Below the pieces are notes generated by a model. It ran no database searches and was not told the origin of the DNA. It worked only from the letters and a program-made list of their open reading frames with translations. A stretch of DNA of 63,999 nt, filler included, from Gonapodya sp. JEL0774 (lineage: Eukaryota): the NCBI GenBank assembly GCA_027604505.1. It is 6 parts of 6 records of this genome, joined end to end, with 100 filler letters (N's around TTAATTAATTAA, not from the genome) between each part and the next. Parts side by side here need not be neighbours in the genome. Positions count along the whole stretch, not along the records: positions 33,419 to 44,436 come from JADIIX010000369.1; positions 44,537 to 55,497 come from JADIIX010000371.1; 4 more parts are not named here. One strand, written 5' to 3'. Both the position numbers and the translations under genes were made by a program. The first letter of the stretch is position 1. Each line of letters starts with the position of its first letter. Below, piece after piece: positions 36,494 through 48,511 of this stretch.

Positions 36494-37899
36494 TCCGAAT
36501 GGAGTTCAAATGGGACGGTAGAAGAAGCAGTAGGAGCAGAAATGTGAGGACAAAGACGACGTTCAAGATGAACGAAACTATAACTGTGGGGGATGCCGGA
36601 GGGTGCAAGCGAACGACGGTTCGGTTGAGGATGATTGAGTTTCTGAATGGGAAAGGTTGCAGGTTTGCTTTATGCACCAAGCCCTCACCGGATATTTCTC
36701 GATCGTCCGCGATAGTGGAAACGAAGGCGTCAACCGATTCAGCGACAGAAGATTGAGCAAACTAAGATGTGCGAGTATTCTTCCTTTGCCTTGCGATAAT
36801 GGCAAGTGGCTAATCGCGGGAGAAAGAACGTGACCGGGCTGTCTCGTAATCTGAGTAATTCCGTTTCGAAACGTGTTCCCTGACACGCAACTTTACAATT
36901 TAAACGCGCATTTCACTTCATCTGTCCCATCAGCTTCATGTATCATTCAGCCAAATAAACTGTCCTTTTATAAATTAACTGTGCCGAGAGAATTGGAACT
37001 GGCGAGGTTCCAAGCGCATGTGTCAATTGTACCCTGCTACTAGTTCTATTAGCAGCTCGCTCGCTCACATTACTTAGAGATGGAACCGATTTTATCGGAT
37101 GCGTCAACGGGTATGAGCAAGACAGCCGCCACTGCCCGGCCGGGTTCCACAATAATGATGACCAACCTCAGCGACATGTCATCGCCTTCTCGACACTGGA
37201 TCATTCTTCAGATTCAATTTTTGCGGGTCTCTACTGCTATGCGCTATGTGATGAAGGTGCATCGAAAGCTCCACACAAACAGTGGCGACGTTTATGTAAA
37301 ACGAATCAGCAATTTACGGGATGTATGCACCATTGATCAAGCTAACATAACAATGCGTCCTAGAGCGTACAAGAAGAACTGTAGTAGATGTCAAGAGCAT
37401 ATCAAGGTTCCGTGATCACGTCAGTTGCCGATCTGCGTCGAGGTCGCCGGTGCAGTTGGCTTGCCACTATGATTGCGAAACACTGCACAATGAGGATGAT
37501 AAAGAACCGTGATAGTGCAGCTGCGCAGGCAAGCGCGATGGAAATTTTATTTAAATTTACATAATGCTTGCTGCCTGTTAGTGTTCCCGTTCGAACAGAT
37601 CCATGATCGGCGAAGACTTTCTTCAGATCTCTCAAGCGCACGTTTCGCAGCTCAGAAGTCAGCATTCACATTCACAAGGTTCACTTATTGAACAAGCTCA
37701 CAGTCTCGTGAAATTGGATCTAATTTGTTCATTTGTTTTGTTGGTGAGTGGTCCGTTCCTGCCATCGGGACCCTCAGTGGACGAACACTCAAATACAAAC
37801 CTGACAAACTTTCGCACAAGGCGAACCCGAACCGAACGAATATAGGCGGACTATTAAGTCCTCTATAACCTCTTGCTCTCTCTTGGCAGTTCTTGATCC

Positions 37900-40800
37900 A
37901 TGGATGACAGCGGGATCGGAGACGACGATGGTGCAGCTCAGGGCCCCGTGACTCTGCCTGGCCGCTTCACGGGCGCTGTCGACACGTTGCGACGACGGAG
38001 CAGCAGCAAGAATAAAGCTGCGATTGGGTTGTCGGGCTCGACAGATTCGAACACGAGTGCGGCCGACAACATTGCGGTCAAGAGGGCGCAATTGTCTCCG
38101 TCCTCGACTCCAACCTCTACTACTCGCCGTCTGTCGCTAATACCTTTGAAGGGCGGTGATGATGGGGCAGTCTCTTCACCACGCGGATCACTCACGTCCT
38201 CTCGATCACCTGGACCAATGCCAAACTCGATCGCGTCTTCCGCTTCTGCCACTGTGGGTATCGAGTCTCCACCGCCTCAAATGAAGCGCTTGTCGTTCTT
38301 GAACGCGGCGCCGCTTGATTCCACGACGGACTCGACCGATGATGGGTCAGATTACTCAGAAAGTGAAGATGAATCGATTGACACGGACGAAGACGACCTC
38401 GGAGAACCCGAGCTCGAACTAATGATTGAATCGAACTCTCTCAGTGGTGTCGAGGGCGTACCTGGAGGTGCAGCTCAATCGACATTCGCAGAAGGGAGGA
38501 GACGCAGCAAGTGGGCAACCGAATCCGACTGGCCCCATGAGATGCGGAGACCGTCGCTCGTATCTGGTATGACCACAGCGGCGGACTTGAGGAGGCCATC
38601 CATACTTGGGTCTTCGGGTGGCTCTGGGCAGAGTTCCGCCATACCTAGCGCAGGTGTTTCCTCGCCCTCCCATGCGGCAGCCACACCTCTCTCCTCGACC
38701 GTCTCTTCCTCAGCCTCGTTCGCCAGCGGATCCTCCAACACTCCTTATCCGCTTCTTGGTGGCATGTCTGGTCCTACTCGCAATAGTCTCACGAGTGCAC
38801 CGGAACGACGCCCATCGATCTCAACTTCAGGAATCCCTCCTGGTTTGGCCATTGGCACTCGCGAAGCACCTCCCACCTCCTCGTCTCCTCCTCAATCACC
38901 TGTGCAATCTCAACCTTCACCGCTGTCCCATGCTGCAACTCGACGAGGGTCCATGTTTGGTTCATCGTCTGGATCGCCGTCACCTGTTAGTGCTGACGGA
39001 GCCACACGCCGAAGTTCCGTGCTCTCGGACAGTCGTAGACCCTCTATGCTCCAGTCACCTAGTGGAACTGTCCCCAGTACACCGCCGGACTCCCGACGAG
39101 AATCCGGTGCACCGCATGTTGACAATGGGTTTTCACGTGATGATGGTATTCAAAGCACCGCTCAGGGCAGCTCTAAACGCCCTTCCGTGGCTGGGACTAC
39201 GATACACGAGAGTCCTGAAGACGGATCCGGAGATGTGGAGTCTTCGGAAGCATTTTCCAGCTTCACAACCGATCCAACAAAGGGCTCAGTCAGTGGCTCT
39301 GTCGGTGCTGCCGTATCATCGCTCAAACGCGGCATCCATAATCTCCGCCGTAGATCGTCTTTACTCGGCTCCCCTACGCATCCAACCTCCCCGCAAGTTC
39401 AGTCATCGACGTCCTCGTCGCTCGCCGCTCCGCAAGCATCATCTGGGGTTCGGGCCAGGTCGCCGACCCCGCCTAATCCGCCGCCACCTATGGTGCTTAT
39501 TACTTCGGACTCGAGTCGTGTTCCACTCAATCACGTTGGCTTGCCTGCATCGCTTGGGGTGGAGCCGGTTCCGGCAGGTCATGCCATGTATTCGTCCACA
39601 GGGTTACCTCCGGACAATGTTTGGCCGGAACCAAGGGACACTAGCAGCATTTCTGCCTCCGTGAAGACATCCACGACTAATGGTGGGAGCACCGCAGGTG
39701 CCGCATCCATCGCCCAATCAGGAACAGACTATCCCCCTCCACCTATTGTTGGTACGAAAGGTCGCTCCACAAATTCCTTATCTTCTGGTCGTTCCTCCAT
39801 CAGTGTTCCACCGCCCGCCGCCGCCGCCCACTCGCTTCACCGGAGCTCGGTCAGTGCTGTCAGTCCCCTGAGGTTCACACCCACGGTAGAACGGAATCTC
39901 GAAACAGTCAGAGCTCGATTCAGGGCAGCGATCACCGCGCTGAAGGACAAATCTCCCCAGGTCGGTGATGTACAACAAGCCGATGGAGACGTGGTGAGGA
40001 GTAGGCCCGTATTGGCGCTGTTCTACCAGATGTGTAATAGGGCCACGGTGGTTCCGGGTGCGAGGAGGGGAAAGGGTAGGGCCGGTATTGGGGGGGGATC
40101 TGCAGGTGGTTCTCATTCCAGATCACAAAGCGCCGCCAGTATGGGTACCATCTCTACAGGGTCTTCAGGTGATGATTTGGACGATCCTGACGCAGAGATG
40201 ACGCGACAGTTGGAAGACCCGAAGATAACCTCCGCTGCGTTAATGGATGTGATGGAGAAACTCCTGGGGGTTATTGTTAGTGAAGGGGAAGTCCAGGCAC
40301 TGGAGGCTGTTTGGGGTGGACCAGGATGGCTCAGTATAAGGGAGACTGTCGTGGGTTTTGGGGTGAGTCGTCAGGGATGTTGTCTAAGGCATTCGGCCGC
40401 TACAATCCCTCACGTTTTTGATACGGTCTTTATCGAAGGGCGGACTGAACCAGAGACGTCTCGATGTGGTGAGAGACGCTTACGAGGTTCTCCTGGAGCG
40501 GAGCAAGGCAAACACAGGGACTGTCATGCTTAAGGGCGAGTAGAGGATCTTCGTCGTGGTGTTTCGACTCTACTATTACCGCACCTAACAACGCGCATCG
40601 TGGGTATCACCACACAGAGGCTAAGTCTCATTTCAACCCACTCGAGCACCCCCGTGTTCGCTCTGGAGAAATGACCTCCGATGACGCTCTGGCGGAGTTC
40701 GTGGACTTTTTCACTGTAGAAGAAGATGTGAGACATGGCGGAGTGATCCGTGCATTCTCGTCTGGTGAATCTGGCGGCAAAAAGATGGGGGACTTGACAG

Positions 40801-41386
40801 CTATTGGGGGAAGCAATGCGAGTTCTGATTACGGAGGGAGGGTGCTCATTGTGGCGAGGAAGGGAGCGATTGAGCTCATTGAGTGGGAGTATTATTGGGG
40901 AGGTGAGTGCGATCTGCGACCGATTCAAGATCTAAAGAAATCAAGTAGTCTCACCACGATTCTTTCTCCACCATAATCAAATTCCTCACGACAAACTACG
41001 TTGGCTGATGTTTTATAGTGCTGTCTGCCCACATAGATTCGGACGAATACTTCTGCCGGCTTCTGTTCGGTATCTGGGTGGAAGTCAAACTGGAAGCCAA
41101 AACTCGCGCACGGGAGTCGTGGTCTAACCCCTCGTCCGGTATTGGGCCCACGTCTGTACCTGTACCAGTGACCCCAAGTTTGTTGGCGACAGCGGCGCTA
41201 AAAGGTTCGAAGGAAGAATTGAAAGGTTTGGGTGTGAAAAACAAGAGTGCGACGGCGAGCAGAATGACCCTTGCCAAGGAGGGTGGCAAAGGAGGTACTG
41301 AAGGGACAGGGGTGGGGGATGACAAGGATAAGAATGCAACGGTGAGCCGGCTTGCGTTGTTGGAACGCATGTTCAGCGTGGAGTAA
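37900..41386 (+). CDS. Large Ser/Pro-rich protein with a C-terminal calcyphosin-like EF-hand domain
   Basis: Introns 40363-40438, 40536-40617 (GC-AG) and 40903-41018; spliced GGLNQRRLDVVRDAY, HPRVRSGEMTSDDALAEFVDFF, EWEYYWGVLSAHIDSDEYF..IW. The 3' end may extend further. Confidence 0.78.
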
Positions 41387-41453
41387 TAATCCTGTGTCGG
41401 ATTGCGTTGGTCAACCACCAAAGCATTTATATGACTTTGATACCAGGCGGAAG

Positions 41454-41970
41454 ATGGCACAGAGACTGAAGCGGATGAACTATATAAGTGGGTATTCCAT
41501 TTTATCGCTTTGTGAAGATCAAAAGTAAACTGTCACTTTCTTCCAACGAAATTTGAACCCGTACTACTCCAGTCTCTGATCCCCGCACATATCGTCATGC
41601 TCTGGACATTGCTCTGCTCCCAATCAACCCCCCCGTCGCCTTCTCGGCAGACACTCCACTCACGAAATCAACCGTTCACCAGATCCTCAGCAACCTTTAC
41701 ACTCTCTTCCCCTGCCCCCCGCTGCCTCCACCTCCGACCACTACTGCGGCGTCCGCTTCAGCATTTGATATGCTCACCCCCGCACCTTCTCCCTACTCTG
41801 GGTCACTAGACTTGGCGACCTTTGAGCAAATATGGCGGAGGTGCAAGAAGGATGTGGAGAGAGTAACGAACGCGAGTGAGCTTGAGTGGGTGTGCAGGGA
41901 GGCGTTGGTGAAGGAGGTAGCATTTGCGGAGTATAGTATGCAAGTTAAAGTGTTGAAGAATGGCTCCTGA
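41454..41970 (+). CDS. Hypothetical small spliced ORF, or extra 3' exons of the calcyphosin-like gene
   Basis: Open frame 41575-41970 after a CAG acceptor; in phase with an ATG at 41454 and a GTGGGT donor; no recognised domain. Confidence 0.35.
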
Positions 41971-42135
41971 ATTGTTAGAAATCACGATTTTTTGCATGTA
42001 ATCAAGTATTTGGTTACGAACAGAATAACGTAAGCCGTGAAATCCTAGAAATGACGAACCCTATGCATCCTACTTGTTTGCATCTGATATAGATTACGGT
42101 GCAACGGTGTGAATTACCGTGGACCACTACATTGT

Positions 42136-43655
42136 CTACTGCCCATCCCCGGCCACTTTCCTCAGTTCCTCCCATGTCCTCACTTTGTTGACCTCACCAC
42201 CATTCCCCATCCCGATATAATCCTTGAACTCCTCCTCCTCGTCGTCTTCCATGGCATAGTTCATCGCCGACACGACGTTCTCCGCACTGGAGGAACCTGA
42301 CGAGTCCACGGCTGGCTCCACCTTGGCCGAAGTCACACCACCTCCAGCTCCACCACCACCGTTCCGTCTTCTTATCTCGTCCCATGCAGTTCCCGATACC
42401 CCCGATCGTGCGCGCACCGCATCCCAGGGGGATTTTCGTCCATCCAATGTGCTCCGTTGGCTCGCATCGCGATCGGAGTCGAACAGCGCAGGTGGATTGT
42501 CAGGAGTGTTTTGAGAGAAAGCAGAGGTTGAATCCGTATTTGTCGAATAGGATACCGGACGTGGATAACCTCTGACGGCAAAAACACGTTGGTGAAGAAA
42601 GAGACAGACAAGCACGAAATCAAAAAAGTCGCGCAAGGAACAATGCAGTATCGTGGACGACTATCTCTGGCAGGTTCAGTCCCATGCAGTTCCAGCTCAG
42701 TGCCTTCTCCTTCATTCAGCGTGGGAATGTAAGGGCAAAATGGACCTGTGCTCTAATCACGCCCATTCTGTGGAGTTTGCACATAGAGGGATGTGCAAGT
42801 GGCCACTCCTCACATCCATGTCCCCTCTCAGTATTGTCCATCGAACACCTATTCCACAGCTCCTTCTGCACCTACTTTGCTTCCGCAATCAGCCTCTTCA
42901 ACTCCGAGTCATCTGGCAGTCTACGATATACTCTATTCGTCATGGCTCGCCGGGCGGCGCTGTGGGTACCACGGGTGGGGAGTAGATTGGGAAGTAAGAT
43001 AGAGCTCGCAAACACCAGGATTGAGTTTGAGCAACACTGCTCGGGCCCACAAGTTCCGGTGTTGTTCCCATGGTTCTAATATTGATCATGATGCTGGTCG
43101 CGAGACACTCAATACAACTTATACCGATGTGAGATGTGACAGCTCAGTTTGCTGTGGATGCCCCCATTTCACGAGCGCTCCAACTCACGAGAATCCCAAG
43201 AAAGTTAGCCCAAACGTCACAGTCGAAGCAGCTCCCAGTGCAATAGGTGACGGTACTGGTAGTCTCAGTCTCCTGACAATCCCGAGAGAAGCCGCCATCC
43301 CCAGCATCATGCCGACGCCTGGCATCACAGAGACACATACCACCAAGCACCGATATCCATCCAGTAGAAACAAGGTCGCAACATCGGGAATCACGCCCAA
43401 AAAAGGGCGATGAGGCCTTCAATTAGCTCTTCAGGTCGCCACGCGATCGTTTTCAGCACATTCCAAGCTCCCACAGCTACAAAACTCACCAGCACCTATA
43501 TACACGCCTCTCTCTGCTTCCAGAAGCACGCTGCTCTCATCCATTGTTGGTATGTAGGAGCGAACTTTGGCACGAGCTATCTCACGAGAGGAAAGCTTTT
43601 CACCCTCCGCAGACGCCATCGAAGAAGACGATGGCCCATCAATGGTGGTTTGCAT
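42136..43655 (-). CDS. Two-TM membrane protein, OCIA-domain-like
   Basis: Phase-consistent exons 43655-43490, 43318-43189, 42959-42876 and 42571-42136; YIPTMDESSVLLE, two hydrophobic segments, RRLPDDSELKRLI, W(D/E)xxR motifs. The start could instead be 43619. Confidence 0.6.
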
Positions 43656-44538
43656 CGTTTCTGGGGGGAGCAAAATGGTGTCTCGTGGCTGGGATTCACA
43701 GAGCGATACGATTAAAGAATCACTGCAAGGATTCAGTGATGTGGGAGCCGTCCAGCCCGATTCGTTGCGGGGAAAGCAAATATCGGGCGGGAGCCCTATA
43801 TGGGTTTGGTGACGCGGGAGAAGAAAGCGGAACAAATAAACAGTCTATCCTTCGCATGACGCTTCACTATGCTCATGTGACTTAGGGTCATTAAATCTCA
43901 AGTGCCCATATCGGAATTCAGCAGACAGCTCCACACGCACTGCTTGTGCTTCACAGAGTAACTGTCCTTTGTCTTCAATACAAGCACTCCCTGGTCCTTC
44001 GGATAGTTTGTAACGTTGGTACTGGATACTGTTATGTTTGCGAGTCCGGGACAGGATCTAAGACAATCCAGCTGGGAGAGGGAGTCCACATCTCACTCTG
44101 CGCTAATAAGCAACACATTGGTCAAAAAAAGGCTTGCAATTGTGCTCAAAGGACAGTAGATATGAATTCTGTTGAGTTATATTACCCCCCCTGGGCGCTG
44201 TTTCCAATTCACACATTACAGGTGCTCATTAACATCACTCCACATGAATGTCGTGTGCAATATCCTTCCGTTAATATTTACTTTTATGTTTATTTTAGTG
44301 TATCATCTCATGGAAGCGCGTTGACAAGACTCTTGAAATTCAAGGGTCTCGCTCTAAACTAGTGGGTTTCAAAGTTGACTGAAATCGAATTATAATACGC
44401 ACATTCTCGGCGACTTAAATATTGGAACATACGAAANNNNNNNNNNNNNNNNNNNNNNNNNNNNNNNNNNNNNNNNNNNNTTAATTAATTAANNNNNNNN
44501 NNNNNNNNNNNNNNNNNNNNNNNNNNNNNNNNNNNNTT

Positions 44539-45435
44539 TGAAGGTGCGCTAGGTTCGTTGATTTCTCCCGCAGGACAGGATATGACCTTTCCCGCAGTTC
44601 CTGGAGATTATACTCACGTCAAAGAGACAAGAAAACGACGTACTGGTCGTGATCAGAAAGAGGTCAGAGTATCGCGCTGAGTCGCGGAGGAGAGTTGATG
44701 AAACCCTTGCGGAAAACTCGAGGAAGAGCGAAAGATTGCTACCTGATCGTGTACCTGGAGGGCGACTGTGGCTCCTGGGACAGGGACGACGGAGATGTTA
44801 TGCTCGACTGCCTTCGAGGCCTTAATTGGGTATTTGTACAGAAACTATCCTAATCAGTACGTGAAAATCCAAAGTATTTATAGTCTAAATCGTGGCAAAG
44901 CAGCGGCGTACGGCAGACTCAGCGCGAACCGGTCAGTTCAATCTTGTGCTGAGTTATGCGGCAGGTCGTTCTCCCAAATGCATGAATTCCCAAGGGCGCA
45001 AGAGCATATTATCATCCCAATATCATAAGTGTTTCTGGAAGAGCTGGGTTGCCGTTAGGTGCCTGGGGGATCCAGTCTGAAGTCTCCTGGAGTATGCATT
45101 CCGGTTTGTTTACAAGCGTGCGGTTGAGGAATGACATCTGTAAGTTCTGGAGAGGATCCAGAACTATCCAGCTGGCAGGCGTACGTACTTGCAGGCGTGC
45201 TCATAGCCCACAGATTATGTACGGAAATCATACAAAGAACGACCGTCCTGTCCATCACTCACTCCCACCATGTTGGAGTCCCAGTTTGCAAAGTTCGCCA
45301 AAGGCTTTGCACGATTCGGACATGGAGGTACAATTCAAAAGGAAGAAATGTTTTCGAAGTCCCGGTACATTTTCTGAGCATGACAGCTGTCATGCTTCGC
45401 CCACCCTATAAAAGTCCATAGAGTCGTAACCCTCA
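44539..45435 (-). repeat. LTR (inner boundary uncertain: 45435 preferred, alternatives ~45392 or 45550)
   Basis: Sense strand ends CCTTCA; candidate start TGAGGG preceded by a short purine tract GATGGGGAG; TATAAATA on the minus strand at 44875-44882. Confidence 0.55.
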
Positions 45436-45565
45436 AAGACTCCCCATCATAACTAAAGTGTCCACACACGCCCTTACACACAAGAGAAAGGAAAGATAGA
45501 AGAGAGTGAAAAGAGAACTGAATAGACGCCCGACCTTCGTGACTACTTCACATGTAACTTCCGTC

Positions 45566-46489
45566 TCACTCCATTGCCTCGTCATCCACCTTCTCAACTG
45601 GCGGAACTTCAGCTGCGGCGGAAACTTTGTGAAGGTGAGAGACTTCGAATGAGAGAGGGGCGATGGCTTGCTGGATGGCCCGGAGATTGAGGTGCGAGTT
45701 CGCAACAATCAAGGCCGCGTTCGAGTGAACATTACCGGTAGCAAGAGCAGCGAAGGCATCGGTTCCGTCAGCCAATGATGGAAAGGTGAGATGGCCAGTT
45801 CCCGTAACCGCGACGAGCCTTGGCATTCCCATGGAAATCGGGTGTCTGTCGAAAGCTGCGAGTTCTGAGGAGGTAGACTCTGCACCGAAATGGTCGCTGA
45901 GAGTGGCAAGGTGAGAGTGTATGTCAGAAGGGGTGATGACTGGAATACCATCGGTGATAAGTGGGGCAGAGACTTGCTGGTGTTCGCCAACTGCCTGGAG
46001 GACTCCTTGAAGGCGATCAAGAACGGCCTCAGCCTCCTGCAAAACCTGGAGTTCCCTGTCCCGTTTCTGCACGAGAGCAGCGATATGGAACTTGAGGCTT
46101 TCTCTCTCCACATCCATGTCCTCCATCATCATTTTCTCTTCGTCCACCGCAATCTCCAGCCCCTCGAGGTCTTGATTCAAGATGGCCTCCTTCTTGCGGA
46201 GGTCATCCAAGGTGCGCTCCAATTTGTCAACTTCAAGTCTGTGGCGATCCACAGTGTCGCGCAACTGAGCAGCCTGAACCATCAGGGCGTTGTTAGTTTG
46301 AAGGAGTTGGTGAGATTGGCTCCGGAGGTATTCATGTTGTTCCATCGCGAGACGCTGGCCCTGGGCAACCGAACGATGAACTTGCTCCATGAACGGTACG
46401 TTGGTTACAGCGGCTTGGCGGGTGAGGGGTACTCCAAGAGGTGCCCTGGTAAGTTCTAGGTCACAGGCTGGTGGCCCCTGAAACTGCAT
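45566..46489 (-). CDS. Extra ORF3 of the retrotransposon, coiled-coil protein, 307 aa
   Basis: Intact sense ORF between integrase and LTR; heptad-rich Q/E/L central region; no signal peptide or TM helix evident. Confidence 0.7.
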   Translation of the reverse strand: MQFQGPPACDLELTRAPLGVPLTRQAAVTNVPFMEQVHRSVAQGQRLAMEQHEYLRSQSHQLLQTNNALMVQAAQLRDTVDRHRLEVDKLERTLDDLRKKEAILNQDLEGLEIAVDEEKMMMEDMDVERESLKFHIAALVQKRDRELQVLQEAEAVLDRLQGVLQAVGEHQQVSAPLITDGIPVITPSDIHSHLATLSDHFGAESTSSELAAFDRHPISMGMPRLVAVTGTGHLTFPSLADGTDAFAALATGNVHSNAALIVANSHLNLRAIQQAIAPLSFEVSHLHKVSAAAEVPPVEKVDDEAME

Positions 46490-46708
46490 GTTGAGTGGTG
46501 AGGAGAGCGGGTGGTGTGAATGCCAAAAGCGATTCCCATATTGCCTGTAACTCCTAGAAATTTCCGTGGATAACTAACCAGAGGGGTTCCTTGTGCTTGC
46601 ATTTTAATTTCTTGTGTTTAAGTTCGAGATTTTGTCCGTAGAAGTTCAATGTCTGGTGTCCAAACCAATGTGTGAAAGTCAACCAACCAGTCTTTGAGAG
46701 ACTGTCGG

Positions 46709-48511
46709 TCATTCCGTGCCGACAGCCAACGTGTCCGGGTCATTAATTCCCTCAGATTCAGGGCGGCAAGGGGGACAGAGCCAGACCCTGGTTGGTCTCT
46801 TCAACAAGTTCACACACGCAAGGTGAAATCCTTGCTGACATTTATCACAAACTAAGAGTCTTGAGGCTTGCCTATGACATGTGGTGCATCTTCGTGATGC
46901 ACGATGCAAGGAAGGCCTTTCTGTGCTAATTTCCCGCCGCAAGGGTGTTGGGGGCGTGTACAGAGACGGAGCCCAGGTGTCAGTTTGCATGTCTCCCGTG
47001 TCAGGTACATCATGGGGGACAAGATCAGCCCTCAATGAAACTGATTTGTACGGTCGTAGTCTCCATAGGGGAATGGTTCCTCCCAAAGTGTTCATACCTT
47101 GATCATTTACTAGTTCGGCAAAGTTGTCAGTCAGTCTCTTTATTTGGAATGGTCCCATGAGAGTTGCTGCAAGCTTTGAGCCCTTCCTTTTGGTCGGTGC
47201 ATTTATGACCAATACCTTCTGTCCAGCTGTAAATTCAAATCTGAGTGCCTTCATGGAGGCCTCTTCTTCAGCAGCTGCGTCTCTTCTGGCTGTTACACGT
47301 CTCATCCTCCTTATAGCCTCTTCCCGATTCTTTGCAAGCTTTTCTGCCATGTTTTTAACATATTCTTCCACTGCTTCCGGCGGGGGATCAATCCAATTGC
47401 GTTCTTCAGTGTTTGGCTCGTCCGGTTCCACTGCAGCGGTCCCTGAGGACATCAATCCCTCATTCTCATTTGATACCTGAAATGGTAGCTTTGGATTACG
47501 TCCAAATAGAAGTCGGAATGGGCTTATCTTGGTCACCGAATGTTTACTGCAATTGTATCCAAACGTTAGTCCACTGACAAGAAGGTCCCAATCATCCCCC
47601 TCGGTGTATTTGGAGAGGGCGTTCACAAGGGTTCCATTCCATTTTTCTTGAAGACCGTTTGCTCTTGGATTGTACGCCGAGGTCACTCTCCTAGTTATGC
47701 TCCCTTTCCGCAGAATTTCGTCAATCAATTGGCATACAAACTCCCTCCCTCTGTCACTGAGAATCTCCTCCGGTGCGCCAAACATATGCATGATAGATGG
47801 CAAAAAATGGTTCTCCGCGATAGTTGCGGCCTCTTTGTTGGGAACTGGTGTAGCAATTGCCCATTTTGTAGCAGCGCATGTTGAAGCAACAATAAACCTA
47901 TTTCCTCGTGGTGTAACTGGGAATGGCCCAATGCAATCTATGGCCACTCGCTCAAAGGGAGATATTGCTACAGGCAGTGATTTGATGAATGGTGCTCTCG
48001 CAATCGGGCGGTGGGTCTGACACAGATGACAAGTCTCCACCCACACATCAACTTGTCTGGACCAACCTGGCCAATAGAACCTTTCGCTCACCAGAGCACG
48101 CGTCCTTGGTTTTCCAAAGTGGCCGCATTCATCATGGCAGTTCTGGATTGCTTGTTGTCTTTCCTCTGGCGGTGGTACGATTCGAGGTGACTCAGCTCCG
48201 GGAGTCTTGTAGAGCACTCGACCGTTCTCCCCGACAGCAAATCGGTTCCATTTCCTTCCAAAGATCTTCCTCTCACTTCCGATTACTCCCTCAGGAATCC
48301 GTCCTGTGCGAAGAAACTCCATGAAGTGAGCTTTCGTGAATGGATCAAACGGACCACTCCTCTTCTTTTCCATCACTAGCCTCTTCCCCTTTTCTCCTTC
48401 CGGGCTCTTTTCAATCGCTTCATCCTCATCAATGTTGTCCTCAGAGTCCGAGGCAGAACTGGTAGACAAAACCTCGCTCTCTTGACCGGATACGTGAGTG
48501 TCTTGACTCAT
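46709..48511 (-). CDS. Retrotransposon integrase with GPF motif and C-terminal PHD finger
   Basis: HHCC (HDECGH..CHLC), DDE (AIDCIG, SDRGREF, GLQEKWN), LMGPFQI and C4HC3 CTTC..CDKC..FHLAC..WLCPPC. Confidence 0.93.
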   Translation of the reverse strand: MSQDTHVSGQESEVLSTSSASDSEDNIDEDEAIEKSPEGEKGKRLVMEKKRSGPFDPFTKAHFMEFLRTGRIPEGVIGSERKIFGRKWNRFAVGENGRVLYKTPGAESPRIVPPPEERQQAIQNCHDECGHFGKPRTRALVSERFYWPGWSRQVDVWVETCHLCQTHRPIARAPFIKSLPVAISPFERVAIDCIGPFPVTPRGNRFIVASTCAATKWAIATPVPNKEAATIAENHFLPSIMHMFGAPEEILSDRGREFVCQLIDEILRKGSITRRVTSAYNPRANGLQEKWNGTLVNALSKYTEGDDWDLLVSGLTFGYNCSKHSVTKISPFRLLFGRNPKLPFQVSNENEGLMSSGTAAVEPDEPNTEERNWIDPPPEAVEEYVKNMAEKLAKNREEAIRRMRRVTARRDAAAEEEASMKALRFEFTAGQKVLVINAPTKRKGSKLAATLMGPFQIKRLTDNFAELVNDQGMNTLGGTIPLWRLRPYKSVSLRADLVPHDVPDTGDMQTDTWAPSLYTPPTPLRREISTERPSLHRASRRCTTCHRQASRLLVCDKCQQGFHLACVNLLKRPTRVWLCPPCRPESEGINDPDTLAVGTE

